From Octopus bimaculoides (lineage: Eukaryota): DNA of 63,486 nt. The DNA lies in contig NC_068983.1 in NCBI RefSeq assembly GCF_001194135.2, forward strand, positions 82,240,796 to 82,304,281, read 5' to 3'. A model generated the notes under the pieces. The model made no database searches. It was not told the origin of the DNA and was given only the letters and a program-made list of their open reading frames with translations. This document shows, one piece after another, positions 1-12,792 of this stretch (position 1 is the first letter of the stretch; every line of letters begins with the position of its first letter). Both the position numbers and the translations under genes were made by a program.

Positions 1-1
1 C

Positions 2-2751
2 GGCTATGAGAGATACGTCTCTCCATGTCGGGCGGGAGTCGGGGGTGGGGTGTTGGTCTTAATAAAAAGAGACCGGGTCCCTGAGGTAAAGTCTGTTTTT
101 ATTGATCCAGAAGGCAGGCTGGTCGTCCTGGATTTGACATTCAATTGTGGTAAGACAGTCAGGCTGGTCACAATTTATGCACCCAATTCAACTGGTTCAC
201 AGAGTCGATATTTCCGTGACCTCGGGAAATTTCTTCTGACGTCGCATTCTTTAGTCGTGTTAGGTGACTTCAACACAATTGACGATGCACGTGTTGATTG
301 TGTTGGCTCGCAGACAGATAGAACAGTAAATCCTGGCTTTCGGGACCTACTCAGCCACTTTCAGCTGATAGACCCGTATAGACTGGAACACCCAAACGCT
401 CCACAGTGGACGTGGTCAAATAGCGATGGGTCTTCCAGGTCTTATCTAGATAGGATATTGATAAGAAAAGTAGATAAAGACATAGTTAAGTGTCCACAGT
501 TTTACCCAGTCAGCTACAGTGACCACAAGATGGTCACAAACGAGCTGACTGTAGATAAGATGTATAGACAGGGATCTGTCTACTGGAAACTCAATAAGTC
601 CTTATTGGCGAACGAGGAGTACAGAAAGCGGATCAAGTTAATTATTCAAAGGGCACTTAGAGGTGCCATCATTAATAATAAATGGTGGTACACCCTTAAG
701 CGAGCCATAAAGTACGAGTCAATTAGATTTAGTATAGGCATAGCTAAGAAGGAACGTAGTATAGGAGATGGCCTAGCTAAGGAGTTAGATAAAGCCATGG
801 AGAGTGGTAATGCGGACCAAGTGAAGGCCAAGAGACTGGAATTAAACCAGCACCTCGAAGGTCAACACATGGGAAGTATTATCAGAGCAAAAATTCGTGC
901 AATGGGTTGCGAAGGAATCAAAGCTGCCGGATGGGCCCGAGTGGTGGAGGCTCAACGGAGTAATGACTCCATCATTCGGTCTGTGGCGAACCTGCAGGGC
1001 GTATTGGTAGACGATCCCGAGGAGATGTGTNNNNNNNNNNNNNNNNNNNNNNNNNNNNNNNNNNNNNNNNNNNNNNNNNNNNNNNNNNNNNNNNNNNNNN
1101 NNNNNNNNNNNNNNNNNNNNNNNNNNNNNNNNNNNNNNNNNNNNNNNNNNNNNNNNNNNNNNNNNNNNNNNNNNNNNNNNNNNNNNNNNNNNNNNNNNNN
1201 NNNNNNNNNNNNNNNNNNNNNNNNNNNNNNNNNNNNNNNNNNNNNNNNNNNNNNNNNNNNNNNNNNNNNNNNNNNNNNNNNNNNNNNNNNNNNNNNNNNN
1301 NNNNNNNNNNNNNNNNNNNNNNNNNNNNNNNNNNNNNNNNNNNNNNNNNNNNNNNNNNNNNNNNNNNNNNNNNNNNNNNNNNNNNNNNNNNNNNNNNNNN
1401 NNNNNNNNNNNNNNNNNNNNNNNNNNNNNNNNNNNNNNNNNNNNNNNNNNNNNNNNNNNNNNNNNNNNNNNNNNNNNNNNNNNNNNNNNNNNNNNNNNNN
1501 NNNNNNNNNNNNNNNNNNNNNNNNNNNNNNNNNNNNNNNNNNNNNNNNNNNNNNNNNNNNNNNNNNNNNNNNNNNNNNNNNNNNNNNNNNNNNNNNNNNN
1601 NNNNNNNNNNNNNNGTAGGACGCTGGACAGAGGGACCGGTTAAGTTGCTGGGGGTTTGGTTCGGTCCAGACCTCCAGGTGGAGAAGAACTGGGCAGAGGT
1701 ATCTAGCAAGATAGCCAGCATAGCCAAGAGATGGTCTTGGCGAAGGCTATCCTTGAAAGGGATGGCGGAGGTAGCCAATGTGTTTATCGCATCGGTGATT
1801 ACCTACCGCCTGACCGTCGTGCCCTGCCCTGATTCGTGGTTGACCAAGTTGGAAAGACAGCTCTTTCACTTTTTGTGGAGGGGCTCGAAGCCACTTGTGA
1901 GATACTCTATCTGTTGTCAGAAACCGTTAAAATGAGGTTTAGGGATGCCTTGGCTGATTATGCGCAAGCACGCGTTGAGGTTGAGGCATCTTTGGGTACT
2001 CCTGGATGGTGACCAGGTGTGGACTCCGTTGGCTAGACAAACGTCCCCCAACTTTGCTAGTATGAATGCAAAGGAGGCTTGGTGCTTTCGCAGACCGAGG
2101 TTGAATATGTGGTATACGGAGTGTCGTAAGGCACTCCTGCTATTCCGTCGCTCAGGCAACGCCGGCAGCGGGGGTTCTACAGCATTCTTTTATAGAGGGT
2201 TAGTAGAGGCAGAATGTGACGATGGCCTGAGAACGACCCTGGGTCTCGGATTTATCGAACTCGACAGCCTGTTCTTCCGTACATTCGGGTTGAAGTCATT
2301 GGATAATTTCTAAATGTCTTTGACCTGGCAATGCTACAGAGGAGCCTTGCCCGTTCGTGATAAACTTGCAAGACACGGAATGCAGACATCTCCGACCTGT
2401 CCAAGATGCAGGCAGGATAGGGAAACCGTCCTGCACGCTTTTGTACGGTGTCCGGAGATTTCTGAGATGTGGGTTTACATGGAACACCTAGTGTCAAGTG
2501 AGGGAAGAGTACAGTTGTCGGCCGAGTCAATCATAAAAATTGACCCGCCTAGTTTGTTATCAAACGAAGGTAAGAAATGTTTCCTCATTACAATAGCAAT
2601 AGCGAAAGAGGTAGCGTGGAAGACAAGAACGGAAGGAATCAAGACAGGCACTTTTATCTCCAGTCAAAATATGGTAAGATATTTTTCTTTTCATTTGAAA
2701 AGAAAGATACGGCTGGAGAGAAAGTGCATGTCGCACGAGAGTTGCGAGTGA
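2..2751 (+). pseudogene. LINE ORF2 (APE endonuclease - RT - CCHC zf-RVT), nonsense-disrupted; RT core hidden in gap 1031-1614
   Basis: The frame is open from the window start. EN motifs are GGGVLVLIK, TIYAPN, LGDFN, WTW..SRSYLDRI and SDHK. After the gap: VKLLGVWF, WSWRRLSLKG, C-x2-C..ETVLHAFVRC. Segments 1615-1935, 1945-2313 and 2314-2751 share one frame, broken by TGA 1933, TAA 2311 and TGA 2749. Confidence 0.9.
1031..1614. other. Assembly gap over the RT core (one of more than 20 N gaps; others include 7576-8175, 58302-59079, 61204-61812)
   Basis: Runs of N, mostly flanked by microsatellites. Confidence 1.
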
Positions 2752-3823
2752 AAGAGAGCAATTGAATACGCCATAAGTGTCTTCAAAAGTGTCAGTGGTG
2801 GGATGGGGCTCGTGGGGTCGGAGCGAAACCCAGTCCCCCACTTCATTGTTCTATGTTGGTTTTTGTTTTTGTATACCATTCGATTTAAACCGATTTTCAT
2901 TGTAATTTTTAATTGCTAAATTTTTATTTTGCGTCGATTTTATTGTGTAACTATATTTTTATTTGACCCCAAATCAGATGTATTGTCCCTTCTATGTTTC
3001 GCCCCTTGTGGGTAATAAAGAGATCTCTTTTGACTGGTGCCTTCGTTGAGGCTTGTGTGCGTTTTTTACCTTGAAGATGGGGTTATCACTAGTTTGTGCT
3101 CTATTGTGCTCTAAATACGGTGATATATCCCCGAAATGGCCATAGGTGTTTTGTGTTTGTATTCCGACCTATATTTGTAATCCATTGTAAATGATGTTAA
3201 ATTATGGTTTGGCTTTACTGATGTTACCTGCTGGATGTTGGTTTAATGTATCGACTTGTGTGCCTTGATTTTCTTAGACTTAAATAACGCTGATGATAAA
3301 ATTATGAATTTTACTTTGTTACACATTGGATGTTCTGTTATGTATTCCTGTGTATGAATTACGAAATTGGATTTTACCTGCTAAATTTGCTGTCATGAGA
3401 GAAGTAATGAACTTTCGTACAATTTGAACTTAAACTTCTTTTATTAGCTATTGACCTCAACGAATGAACTATTTTACTACGTTTCCCTATGTATTATTTT
3501 TTTTCTCTATATTATTTTTTTATATATATATATATATATTTTTATTCCACTATATCTGTACCGGTCTGTAATATTTTTAATCAACTTTTTAATCGCAGTT
3601 TATTTATTTATGTTATTCTATTATATTTTTAATCGACTTTATTCCTATGTATAAAAATTTTGACTTCCCTTTGCTTTTTGGTTTTGTGGTTTATGCTGTA
3701 CTTCTTATATGTGGTCATTGGTGGGCTGTGGCTGTTTGAGTCGATGACCTAACNNNNNNNNNNACTTCTTTTACAGCCTTGTATAAATTCTTGGTTTTCT
3801 TATACAAAACAGTTAATATTGAA

Positions 3824-3869
<46 letters not shown>

Positions 3870-3897
3870 AAACACAGGCGTTTCGAAGAGTTAGTGC

Positions 3898-3929
<32 letters not shown>

Positions 3930-4293
3930 TCGTTTTTCAATATTAATATGTACATGTATAACTCTCTATGGTTTTTTTCTACTAGTGCACGTTATATTCT
4001 ACTATACACACGTAGCCCTGTTTACATTATACTTCGTCTCAACCTGTTACCATTTTTTAAAACATATCAGATTTTTATTCTTATTTTTATGTTATAGTTT
4101 ACTGCACATAGACGTACATACACATTGATATGTCTGTCTTTTTTTCTCTTTCGTCTCTCTCACTATTACTGTCATTTTCCCCCTTTTACAACTTGCTTGT
4201 AAATATCTGATTTTTCCCTTTTACCCCTTTTGTATTCTCCTTTACTATATCTTATTTTAATATTAAATCTTTTTTGATATCCTTCCAAAATTC

Positions 4294-4398
4294 TTCACCC
4301 TGATGAGAATGACAATGCATAGATTTAATTACAATTACTATGATTATAATTTTTGTTCTTACATATTTATATTGTCCTTTGAAACACGCGTATGTCTT
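4294..4398 (+). ncRNA. Degenerate Penelope-type type I hammerhead ribozyme motif with long stem II
   Basis: CTGATGA at 4300-4306. GAATGACAAT/ATTGTCCTTT stem (9 of 10 pairs, including G.U). GAAA at 4381-4384, then CACGCG-TA. Stem I pairs poorly. Confidence 0.6.
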
Positions 4399-4627
4399 GA
4401 ATCCTATTTTGTATTAAATCTAATTTTGATGCAACATCTTTTTCTCTTCCATTTTTTTATAATTGTTTATGGTTTATTTATACATATAACGATATTTTTC
4501 AACTATTTTTCATTTTCTTATTACTTGCTCTGGCAGTTTTTTTTTAATGAAAATGGTGACTCTTTATTAGAAATCATTCTTTCTCTTTGGACCTCTCAAA
4601 GTTTTTGTTCTTTTTTAAACTTTTTTC

Positions 4628-4674
<47 letters not shown>

Positions 4675-4729
4675 ATACAGATTATATGTATACACACACA
4701 GACACATATATATCACCATCATTAGCATA

Positions 4730-4955
4730 ATCATCATTTAGTACATGCTGGCATGGGTTAGATTTTTTGACATGGCGCTGGTCAGCTGGGAGCTGTCTAG
4801 ACTCCAATTGTCTGTTGTGGCATGGTTTCTATAGCTGGATGCCCTTCCTAATGCCAACCACTTACCAAAGTGTGGTGGGTGCTTTTTATGTCCCAGCAGC
4901 ACAGGTGTATTTATGCAGCACTGACATGGATGCTTTTTATGTGGTACTGGCACCT
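4730..4955 (-). mobile_element. Family B interspersed repeat (GAT-tailed, RTE-related SINE-like), diverged
   Basis: Reverse complement of the TAGGAAGGGCATCCAGCT and CCATGCTAGCATG motifs seen in copy 37330-37630. Confidence 0.7.
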
Positions 4956-5224
4956 GAAAGAAGAACCCTGATTTTACTTAGCTTGACGCTATATACATAC
5001 ATATACCTATAGGTATATGTATGTATGTATGATGGCTTAGCTGGTTGGCCAAAACACTGAAGTCACAGCCAATACTATGCTTGTCAAGGAATAATAAATT
5101 TATACTCTACAAAAGCATGAAGTAATCCTTCATGTTAATGTAAAATTATTTTTAATATAACTGAGCATAAAACCAAACATTAATATGTGTGAGTGTATAT
5201 GTATGTAGATAGATAGATAGATAC

Positions 5225-5256
<32 letters not shown>

Positions 5257-5776
5257 AAATAATTGAGATTCAGTTGAATTAAGTACTTAAGTTGAAGCAC
5301 CAAGTTAGTGTGGTTTTATCCGTACAACTCAAAGTAAGGTGAATAAAATCAAAATAAGCAACAGGATATCAAGAAGTGATGCGGTACAACCGTTTCAAGT
5401 GGCTCCATTTTATTGAACAATGCAATCATTACATCAATTTAAAAGCAGGTCTATCCTTAGCTGCATAAATAAATAAATAGTTTTATAACCAGTTGGACAC
5501 ATTAATATAATTTTACTCAAATTCTCTAATAGAGCAAGAAGAGGGAGAAAGTCCATGTTGCTACTAATGTGACTCAGAATATACTACACTTCAAAGACCT
5601 ATATGAAGTTTGTTAGGGTCATAGCTTGTAAATGATTGTGGTTTACTTAATTTATTAGTCATTTTTTTATCAACTACCAAATCTAAGGTTAGAGGACAGT
5701 GTCTGTTTAGAATGGATAGACAGTGTATACATACATAAATATATAAAATTATTATTTATATAGATAGATAGGATGA

Positions 5777-5952
5777 TAAATTGAATATTAATTCAATTTA
5801 AAGTGGCCTAGCATATGAACAAATCTGAAAATTCAGAAAAAATTTCTGGAATTTTCGTGAAATTTTTCTAAAGAACATTACTTTTCTTTATGGTTGGGTC
5901 GTTGATGACCTCTTTCTAGCATATTGGATGTCCACCTACTGGTCATCCCTAA
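5777..5952. mobile_element. Diverged, centre-deleted relative of the 22607-23133 palindromic element
   Basis: 5777-5835 resembles the left arm (AAATTGA.TATTAAT.CAATT..AGTGGCCTAGCATAT). 5860-5952 resembles the right arm (AAATTTTT..AGAACAT..TTTCTAGCATAT.GGA..CAC..GGTCAT.CCT). Confidence 0.55.
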
Positions 5953-5964
5953 TACACGTGTAGT

Positions 5965-5998
<34 letters not shown>

Positions 5999-6573
5999 TC
6001 ATATATGTATTATTCTTAAATATGAATATTATTGACAGTGAGTTAGATGTTTCAGCCAGTTTAGCAAACATCAGACTGCAATGCACTGAAGTATGCATAT
6101 ATATACATACATACATACATACATAATTAACGTGACTTACATACATGCATACATAACATACATAAATTCATAATTATTTAGTTAGAAAATGGAATAATTA
6201 GAATAATAAATAGAATAAATTTTGCTTAGATATCCAGAAAGAAGCATTTTGTACGATAACATTTATACAGCTTCATCAGATAATAAAACAAGAGCTCTTT
6301 AATCAATTAGTCTGCATAAACAATCTACTTCTAATAAAAGAATTCTTTTGGAGTATCAACATGTCTATCTGGAGGCATGTGTGTCTATACAGAATTGATC
6401 CTGTCGCATGCTCCCTCATACATTTGTGTAACTGCCTCACACCCTATCCACTTAATGCATTTCTCTGCTGGTCATAAATCTGTTGATATTGAGTTATTTT
6501 GAGAGGTGTAATACCTTGATTAACAGATGCTTAGTGACGTGGCAGTGTGTCTGTGTATTGTGTCAGTACATAA

Positions 6574-6581
6574 GTGTGCAT

Positions 6582-6645
<64 letters not shown>

Positions 6646-6656
6646 GAGTGCATATG

Positions 6657-6687
<31 letters not shown>

Positions 6688-7385
6688 ATATGTATGTATG
6701 TACATATATATGCACACACACATACATATATACATACATATATGCATACATACACATATATTTATGTATGTGTGTGTAGATGTGTGCATAGGTGCTTCAG
6801 TGTTGTCATGTCTGTATGCATATATGTGTGTAAGAGTATACATATAAACACACACACCCTCAAACACAAGCAGATATATATGTATATATATATATATATA
6901 TGTACATATATGTGTGTCTGTATGAATATATGTATATGTATGTATAAATATCTGTCTATATCAATCAATCTATTTATCTATATACAAATATATGTAAAAG
7001 TATATATATATATATATATACTTATATATGAGTATATATTTATACATATATATATACACACATATAGATATATGTATATATATATATGTATATTTGCACG
7101 CACACACAAATGTGCATACACTCGCACACAAACACTCCTGTATGTAAGTATATATGTATACATGAGTGTGCATGCATACATATCTCCATATGTATAACTG
7201 ATAAATTGTATTTAGCGACTTATGTCTGTTTTAATGGAATGTCAAACAGGGGCATATTTACATATATACACATGCATGTATATATTTATACAAACATACA
7301 AACTTCTATATGCATACATACATACATACATACATACATATACATGTGTGTGTGTATGTGCGTATGTGTGTGCGTGTGTGTTTAA
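6574..7385. repeat. Compound (TG)n/(TA)n/(CATA)n microsatellite region
   Basis: Directly visible. Confidence 0.95.
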
Positions 7386-7499
7386 ACAGGTGGGTTGATA
7401 GCAATATATAAGTTGCATGTCATAATGTAATTAATTTTTACATTATTCTATGTGTGTGTCTGTTTGTTAAACATCAGAATGTGTATGTACATATGTGGA

Positions 7500-8362
7500 T
7501 CTATATCTATCTATCTATCTATCTATCATCTGTTTTCTATGCTGGCACATATATATATATATATATATATATATANNNNNNNNNNNNNNNNNNNNNNNNN
7601 NNNNNNNNNNNNNNNNNNNNNNNNNNNNNNNNNNNNNNNNNNNNNNNNNNNNNNNNNNNNNNNNNNNNNNNNNNNNNNNNNNNNNNNNNNNNNNNNNNNN
7701 NNNNNNNNNNNNNNNNNNNNNNNNNNNNNNNNNNNNNNNNNNNNNNNNNNNNNNNNNNNNNNNNNNNNNNNNNNNNNNNNNNNNNNNNNNNNNNNNNNNN
7801 NNNNNNNNNNNNNNNNNNNNNNNNNNNNNNNNNNNNNNNNNNNNNNNNNNNNNNNNNNNNNNNNNNNNNNNNNNNNNNNNNNNNNNNNNNNNNNNNNNNN
7901 NNNNNNNNNNNNNNNNNNNNNNNNNNNNNNNNNNNNNNNNNNNNNNNNNNNNNNNNNNNNNNNNNNNNNNNNNNNNNNNNNNNNNNNNNNNNNNNNNNNN
8001 NNNNNNNNNNNNNNNNNNNNNNNNNNNNNNNNNNNNNNNNNNNNNNNNNNNNNNNNNNNNNNNNNNNNNNNNNNNNNNNNNNNNNNNNNNNNNNNNNNNN
8101 NNNNNNNNNNNNNNNNNNNNNNNNNNNNNNNNNNNNNNNNNNNNNNNNNNNNNNNNNNNNNNNNNNNNNNNNNNNATATGCATATATATATATACACACA
8201 CATATATATATGCATATGCATATATATATATACACACACATATATATATGCATATGCATATATATATATACACACACATATATATATATATATGCATATA
8301 TATATATACACACACATATATATATATATATGTATACATACACACATACATATATATGTCTC

Positions 8363-8400
<38 letters not shown>

Positions 8401-8568
8401 CCCACAAACACTTATACAGACAGACAAAGATATATATATATATATTTGCACATGTGTTTGTACGTATACACTTACATACATATGTGTGTGTGTGTATATA
8501 TGTGTGTGTGTGTGTGTGTATATATGCATGTGTGTGTGTATATATGTGTGTGTGTGTGTGTGTATATA

Positions 8569-8619
<51 letters not shown>

Positions 8620-8760
8620 ATATATATATGTGTGTGTGTATATATATGTGTGTGTATGTATGTGTATGTATATGTATTTGTGTATATGTGTATGTATATA
8701 TATATGTGTATGTATATATGTGTATAGATATACATATGCATATATGTATATGTCTGCTTT
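7500..8760. repeat. (TA)n/(TG)n compound microsatellite with a ~32-bp higher-order unit at 8176-8320; spans a gap
   Basis: ATGCATATATATATATACACACACATATATAT is repeated about 4 times. Confidence 0.9.
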
Positions 8761-9373
8761 CATTGAAATATGCACACTTGTGTATCTATGTGTTGATATA
8801 GTGATATTAATGATAATAATATTAGTAGTATAATGTTTGTGGAAAGTAAGGTGTTTCTACATTCTTTTGCATATGTATGTGTGTGTGTGAGCATGCACAT
8901 ATGTGTGTAATGACTGAATGTATTTGCATATATGCCTATGTATTGTGTGTTACCAGTGAACGCATGTTAGCAAGATGATGCATGCTTGTATCTGTCTAGT
9001 ATTTGGTGAATGGGTGTTTGGTGAGAAGTAGAGTGGTCGACAGCTTTTGTTTCATAGTGTTTCATTACAGAAGAAATACAATCAAAATAATTAAGCTTTT
9101 GTTAATCGGAATGGATTTGTTCTATTTCAAGCAAAATTAAAATAAGACAAAAACAAAAAAATATTGTTAATTTAAGATTGATTCTTAATGAGCAGGACCT
9201 AAAACCAAAAACATAGAACAATTTGACTCTTGAAACTTTGTAAAGTTTCTCAAAATAAATGATTAAATAAACACAGTAATAATATATGTATAGTATATAG
9301 GCCAATAGTTAAACTATCCAATGGATTAAACATTTACTCATGCAGAAAATATGAATCCTTTGATGATCTAAAC

Positions 9374-9665
9374 CAGTGGCTTTCAACTGGGGTCCATTTG
9401 AACCTGAGGATGGGTGGATCGACACACAATTTTGTGGGGTACCCACAAGCAAAATAATAAATTGGGGACTCACAGTAGTAGTTTAAGGCCCCATGAAAAA
9501 TTCTGATTTAGATGTAATCTATTGCAAGAAACGGCAAGATTTCTTTCTCTAACACTTGACATAGTTCAACCTACACAAATTGTGTGAAAAGCAGCATAGG
9601 AATTTTGAAAGAAATATCTAGAAAAGTGGTTTTAAACTTCGATTGGTGATGGGGGTCTGCCAGTG
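9374..9665 (+). mobile_element. hAT-Charlie-like non-autonomous DNA transposon, 3' end lost
   Basis: Starts CAGTGGCTTTCAACTGGGGTCC, resembling hAT-Charlie termini, with GGGGGTC near the end. No right TIR was found. Confidence 0.4.
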
Positions 9666-9965
9666 TATTAGATAAAAATCTGTAATAGAAGTTATTAATA
9701 TCATAAAAAACAAATAGCAATCAAACCTCCCTTGAAACTCTGGCTAATATTCGGATTTTGTAAACAGCACTTTCTTCTTCCTACTTACTGATGCAGACTA
9801 TCTATCCCCTGGTTTCTTAGGATTCTATCATTTCTATATATATATATAGATTGTGTGTATGTGCATATATGTGTGTGTGTGTGTGTATGTGCATATATGT
9901 GTGAGTGTGTATGTGCATAGGAATGTGTGAGTGTGTATGTATATATATGTGTCTATCTATCTATG

Positions 9966-10346
9966 TGGAGGTGCAATGGCCCAGTGGTTAGGGCAACGGA
10001 CTCGCGATCATAGGATCATGATCTCGATTCCCAGAACGGGCGTTGTGAGTGTTTATTGAGCGAAAACACATAAAACTCCATGAGGCTCCAGCAGGGGATG
10101 GTGGCGAACCCTGCTGTACTCTTCCACCACAACTTTCTCTCACTCTTACTTCCTGTTTCTGTTGTGCCTGTAATTCAAAGGGTCAGCCTTGTCACACTGT
10201 CACGCTGAATTTCCCCGAGAACTATGTTAAGGGTACCTTTGTCTGTGGAGTGCTCAGCCACTTGCACGTTAATGTCATGAGCAGGCTGTTCCATTGATCG
10301 GATCAACTGGAACCCTCGACGTCGTAAGCGATGGAGTGCCAACAAC
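9966..10346 (+). mobile_element. Family D tRNA-derived SINE, full length
   Basis: tRNA-like head with A box TGGCCCAGTGG and B-box-like TCTCGATTCC. The 3' body (AATTCAAAGGGTCAGC..GTGGAGTGCTCAGCCACTTGCA) is shared with 39951-40075. Confidence 0.85.
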
Positions 10347-10447
10347 TATCCATATATATGTATATATACATATATATAGATGTGTGTGTATGTATATATA
10401 CATACACACATATATATTATACATGTATGTGTGTATATGTGTGTGTG

Positions 10448-10483
<36 letters not shown>

Positions 10484-10667
10484 TATATGTATGTCTGTAT
10501 GAGTTAAAAGTTAAACTTTTAGTGGATATTTTAAGGAAACATTTAAGGGATATTAAATATCCAATATACTACTGGATGTGTACCTACCATCTAATAAATA
10601 GATATAATGGAATGTTTACTGGCTGATGTTTGTCAATTTTATATCCTCTCCATTTTCTTATTTGCCT

Positions 10668-10712
<45 letters not shown>

Positions 10713-11239
10713 ATATTATCCAAATTAGAAGACAAAGAGAGAGTGTAGTACATCTTTAATAACCAGTTACAATTGTTTCAATATGATTATTTTTAACATC
10801 ATTTCACATGAGTTCCATTTGAGAGGTTTTCTACTTTTTATAGTTTTAAACTTTAAAGCTGCACTTCACCAGACTTGCATCAAAAGGTGCACTCTAACAT
10901 TGTGCTTCATTGTGTGGCAGTGGTGATTTACACACTCATACCCCACCACATACACATAGGTATACATACATTCATAAACATATGGAAATGTACACATACA
11001 CATGTATATATATACTACAATATTCAAGTTGATGTACTCACCAAAAGCATACAGAATATGTACAGGAGAAGTTAGAACGGAGGTAAAAGAAGAGGAAACA
11101 GTAGGGGTAGTCATTCAGATCTTTGTGTTTGCTGATTGAACGGATATGTATGTATGTGAAACAGCATGTATATTTCTTTCCTTTATTTAGATTTTATTTA
11201 TTTTTATCTTTTATTCTAGAGAAAATTCTGTGCTCCTGA

Positions 11240-11600
11240 ATCTTAGCAGTAATGTAGGCACCATTCAAATCACTGTACTAGTCTGTATAGTATCTATTTA
11301 TTGACAGCATATATAGATCAGAAGGGGCACCTTGATCCATAAGGTCCTTGGGCAAATCAGTGCAATAAGACCTGTTTTTATTTATTTATTGACAGCAAGT
11401 CACAACTTACACAAATCAGAAATGGGTCTGTAGATTCATGTAGCTCCCAGTCAAATCAATGCACTAGGTATTATAATATATATTTCTCGACAGAAAGCAA
11501 CAGCTTACAAAGATTAGAATTAGGCGTCTTGAACCCTAATGCCCTTTGGCAAATCAATACATTGGACTCTAAAGTATTTACTTTTAGACAAGCCACGGCA
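11240..11600 (+). repeat. Highly diverged tandem array, 4 units of ~87-99 bp
   Basis: CAAATCA.TGCA.TAG..TATT..TTGACAG recurs at 11266, 11353, 11452 and 11550. Confidence 0.6.
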
Positions 11601-11986
11601 TACAGAGATAAAATTGAAGCCCTACAACATGAGGTACCCCAAACAACAACCCAGTATCCCAGTGCCTTAAAACAACACTGGATATGACCCTTTCAGTAGC
11701 GGTGGGGGGCATCCACTGAGATTAGTGGGATGAAAAGTTGAAGGTTTTCTCAAACCAGGGATCAGGGCCCAAATGCTTGCAACAAAGTGGACACCTCTAA
11801 AAGAACTCAAGATCCCCAGATGTCAAACAGAGCAATAGGTTAAGTCTACCGCACAAGTAGGCAATAATGCACTGTGAATTCAGAACATAGATATTACAAG
11901 AGCCCTGGTGACACGCACACACACACACGATAAAACTTACTTGAAAGTGAATGCATGGCATTCAATCATATAATAATACAAGTTAT

Positions 11987-11998
11987 ATATATATATCT

Positions 11999-12063
<65 letters not shown>
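11987..12063. repeat. (TA)n microsatellite
   Basis: Directly visible. Confidence 0.95.
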
Positions 12064-12067
<4 letters not shown>

Positions 12068-12681
12068 TAAGTGGGCACAGGGCATCACGAAACATGTGCG
12101 ACAGAAAAATACGAAGTACGAGTACATGGAATATGAACTGTTTCTTCAAACAATGAAAGACACAAATGGGAAACAAGACAAACAACATAAAGAACGACCC
12201 TTCATCAGTTGTTGGCTGTTTTTTCTACTCTCTTATTTCAAGCATTTAACAACAATATACGCTTTCGATAAAACTGTTGCTCCCGCAAAGCAAATTAAAT
12301 AAAATATGGGATTTTGCAGAGGGTCAAAATTAGTAACATAAACAGGACAGTGAAAACAAACAAGAAAGGCTGCTAATCCTAAACAAGGTAGTGGTGGTGA
12401 ACGTGTAAATCAAGCTTGGACAGGAGACAGACAAGAACATATCTTCCTTGTTCCAGCTACAACGCAGGGAAAGAAGCACAAGTTCGGAGAAGAAAGAAAG
12501 ATGGCCTATGGTTACGTAAGAGCCACCTGAACAAGGGAGGAGGAGGAGTGAGGGAGAGGGAGTGACAGTAATAGGATAGAATAGTGGGAGAAGAGGAGGT
12601 AAAAGAATGAGAGAAAGAGAGAAAAATGAAAGTAAAAAGGTTGTATAGGGTGCAGATATATATATATATATNNNNNNNNNN

Positions 12682-12730
12682 CTTGACCATAGTCAAATGA
12701 CTGAAACAAGTAAAAAAAAATAAAAGAATT
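12682..12730 (+). mobile_element. Family A SINE 3' tail next to a gap
   Basis: AGTCAAATGACTGAAACAAGTAAAA matches the tail of the full copies. Confidence 0.75.
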
Positions 12731-12792
12731 AAAGAATATATACAGACATATCTTACTGGCTATATCTATCTATCTACATATAAAAAATAATA

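Larger units (their letters stand above)
1..3020 (+). mobile_element. Tx1/L1-clade non-LTR retrotransposon (ORF2 region plus 3' UTR), runs off the 5' window edge
   Basis: APE endonuclease, RT C-terminus and zinc-knuckle segments are collinear. An AT-rich 3' UTR ends CCCCTTGTGGGT-AATAAA (3014-3019). GC and CpG content are much higher than in the flanks. Confidence 0.9.

Noticed and set aside
3290-3375. CTGATGA ... GAAA as a possible hammerhead
   Set aside because: Stem II cannot be paired convincingly and there is no stem I.
3875-3975. Minus-strand GAAACG with an AGAGTTA/TAACTCT hairpin
   Set aside because: No recognisable CTGANGA box (about 4 mismatches). At most a decayed relic.
9966-10040. 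tRNA-like sequences (here and at the other SINE heads)
   Set aside because: They are SINE heads: no complete cloverleaf, and they run directly into SINE bodies.
11600-11930. GC-richer non-repetitive stretch as a possible exon
   Set aside because: No sustained ORF, recognisable motif or convincing splice-site pair on either strand.
12065-12300. GAAACATGT on plus and CTGATGAAGGG on minus within a probable repeat
   Set aside because: The boxes are on opposite strands and do not assemble into one ribozyme. Family identity cannot be supported.
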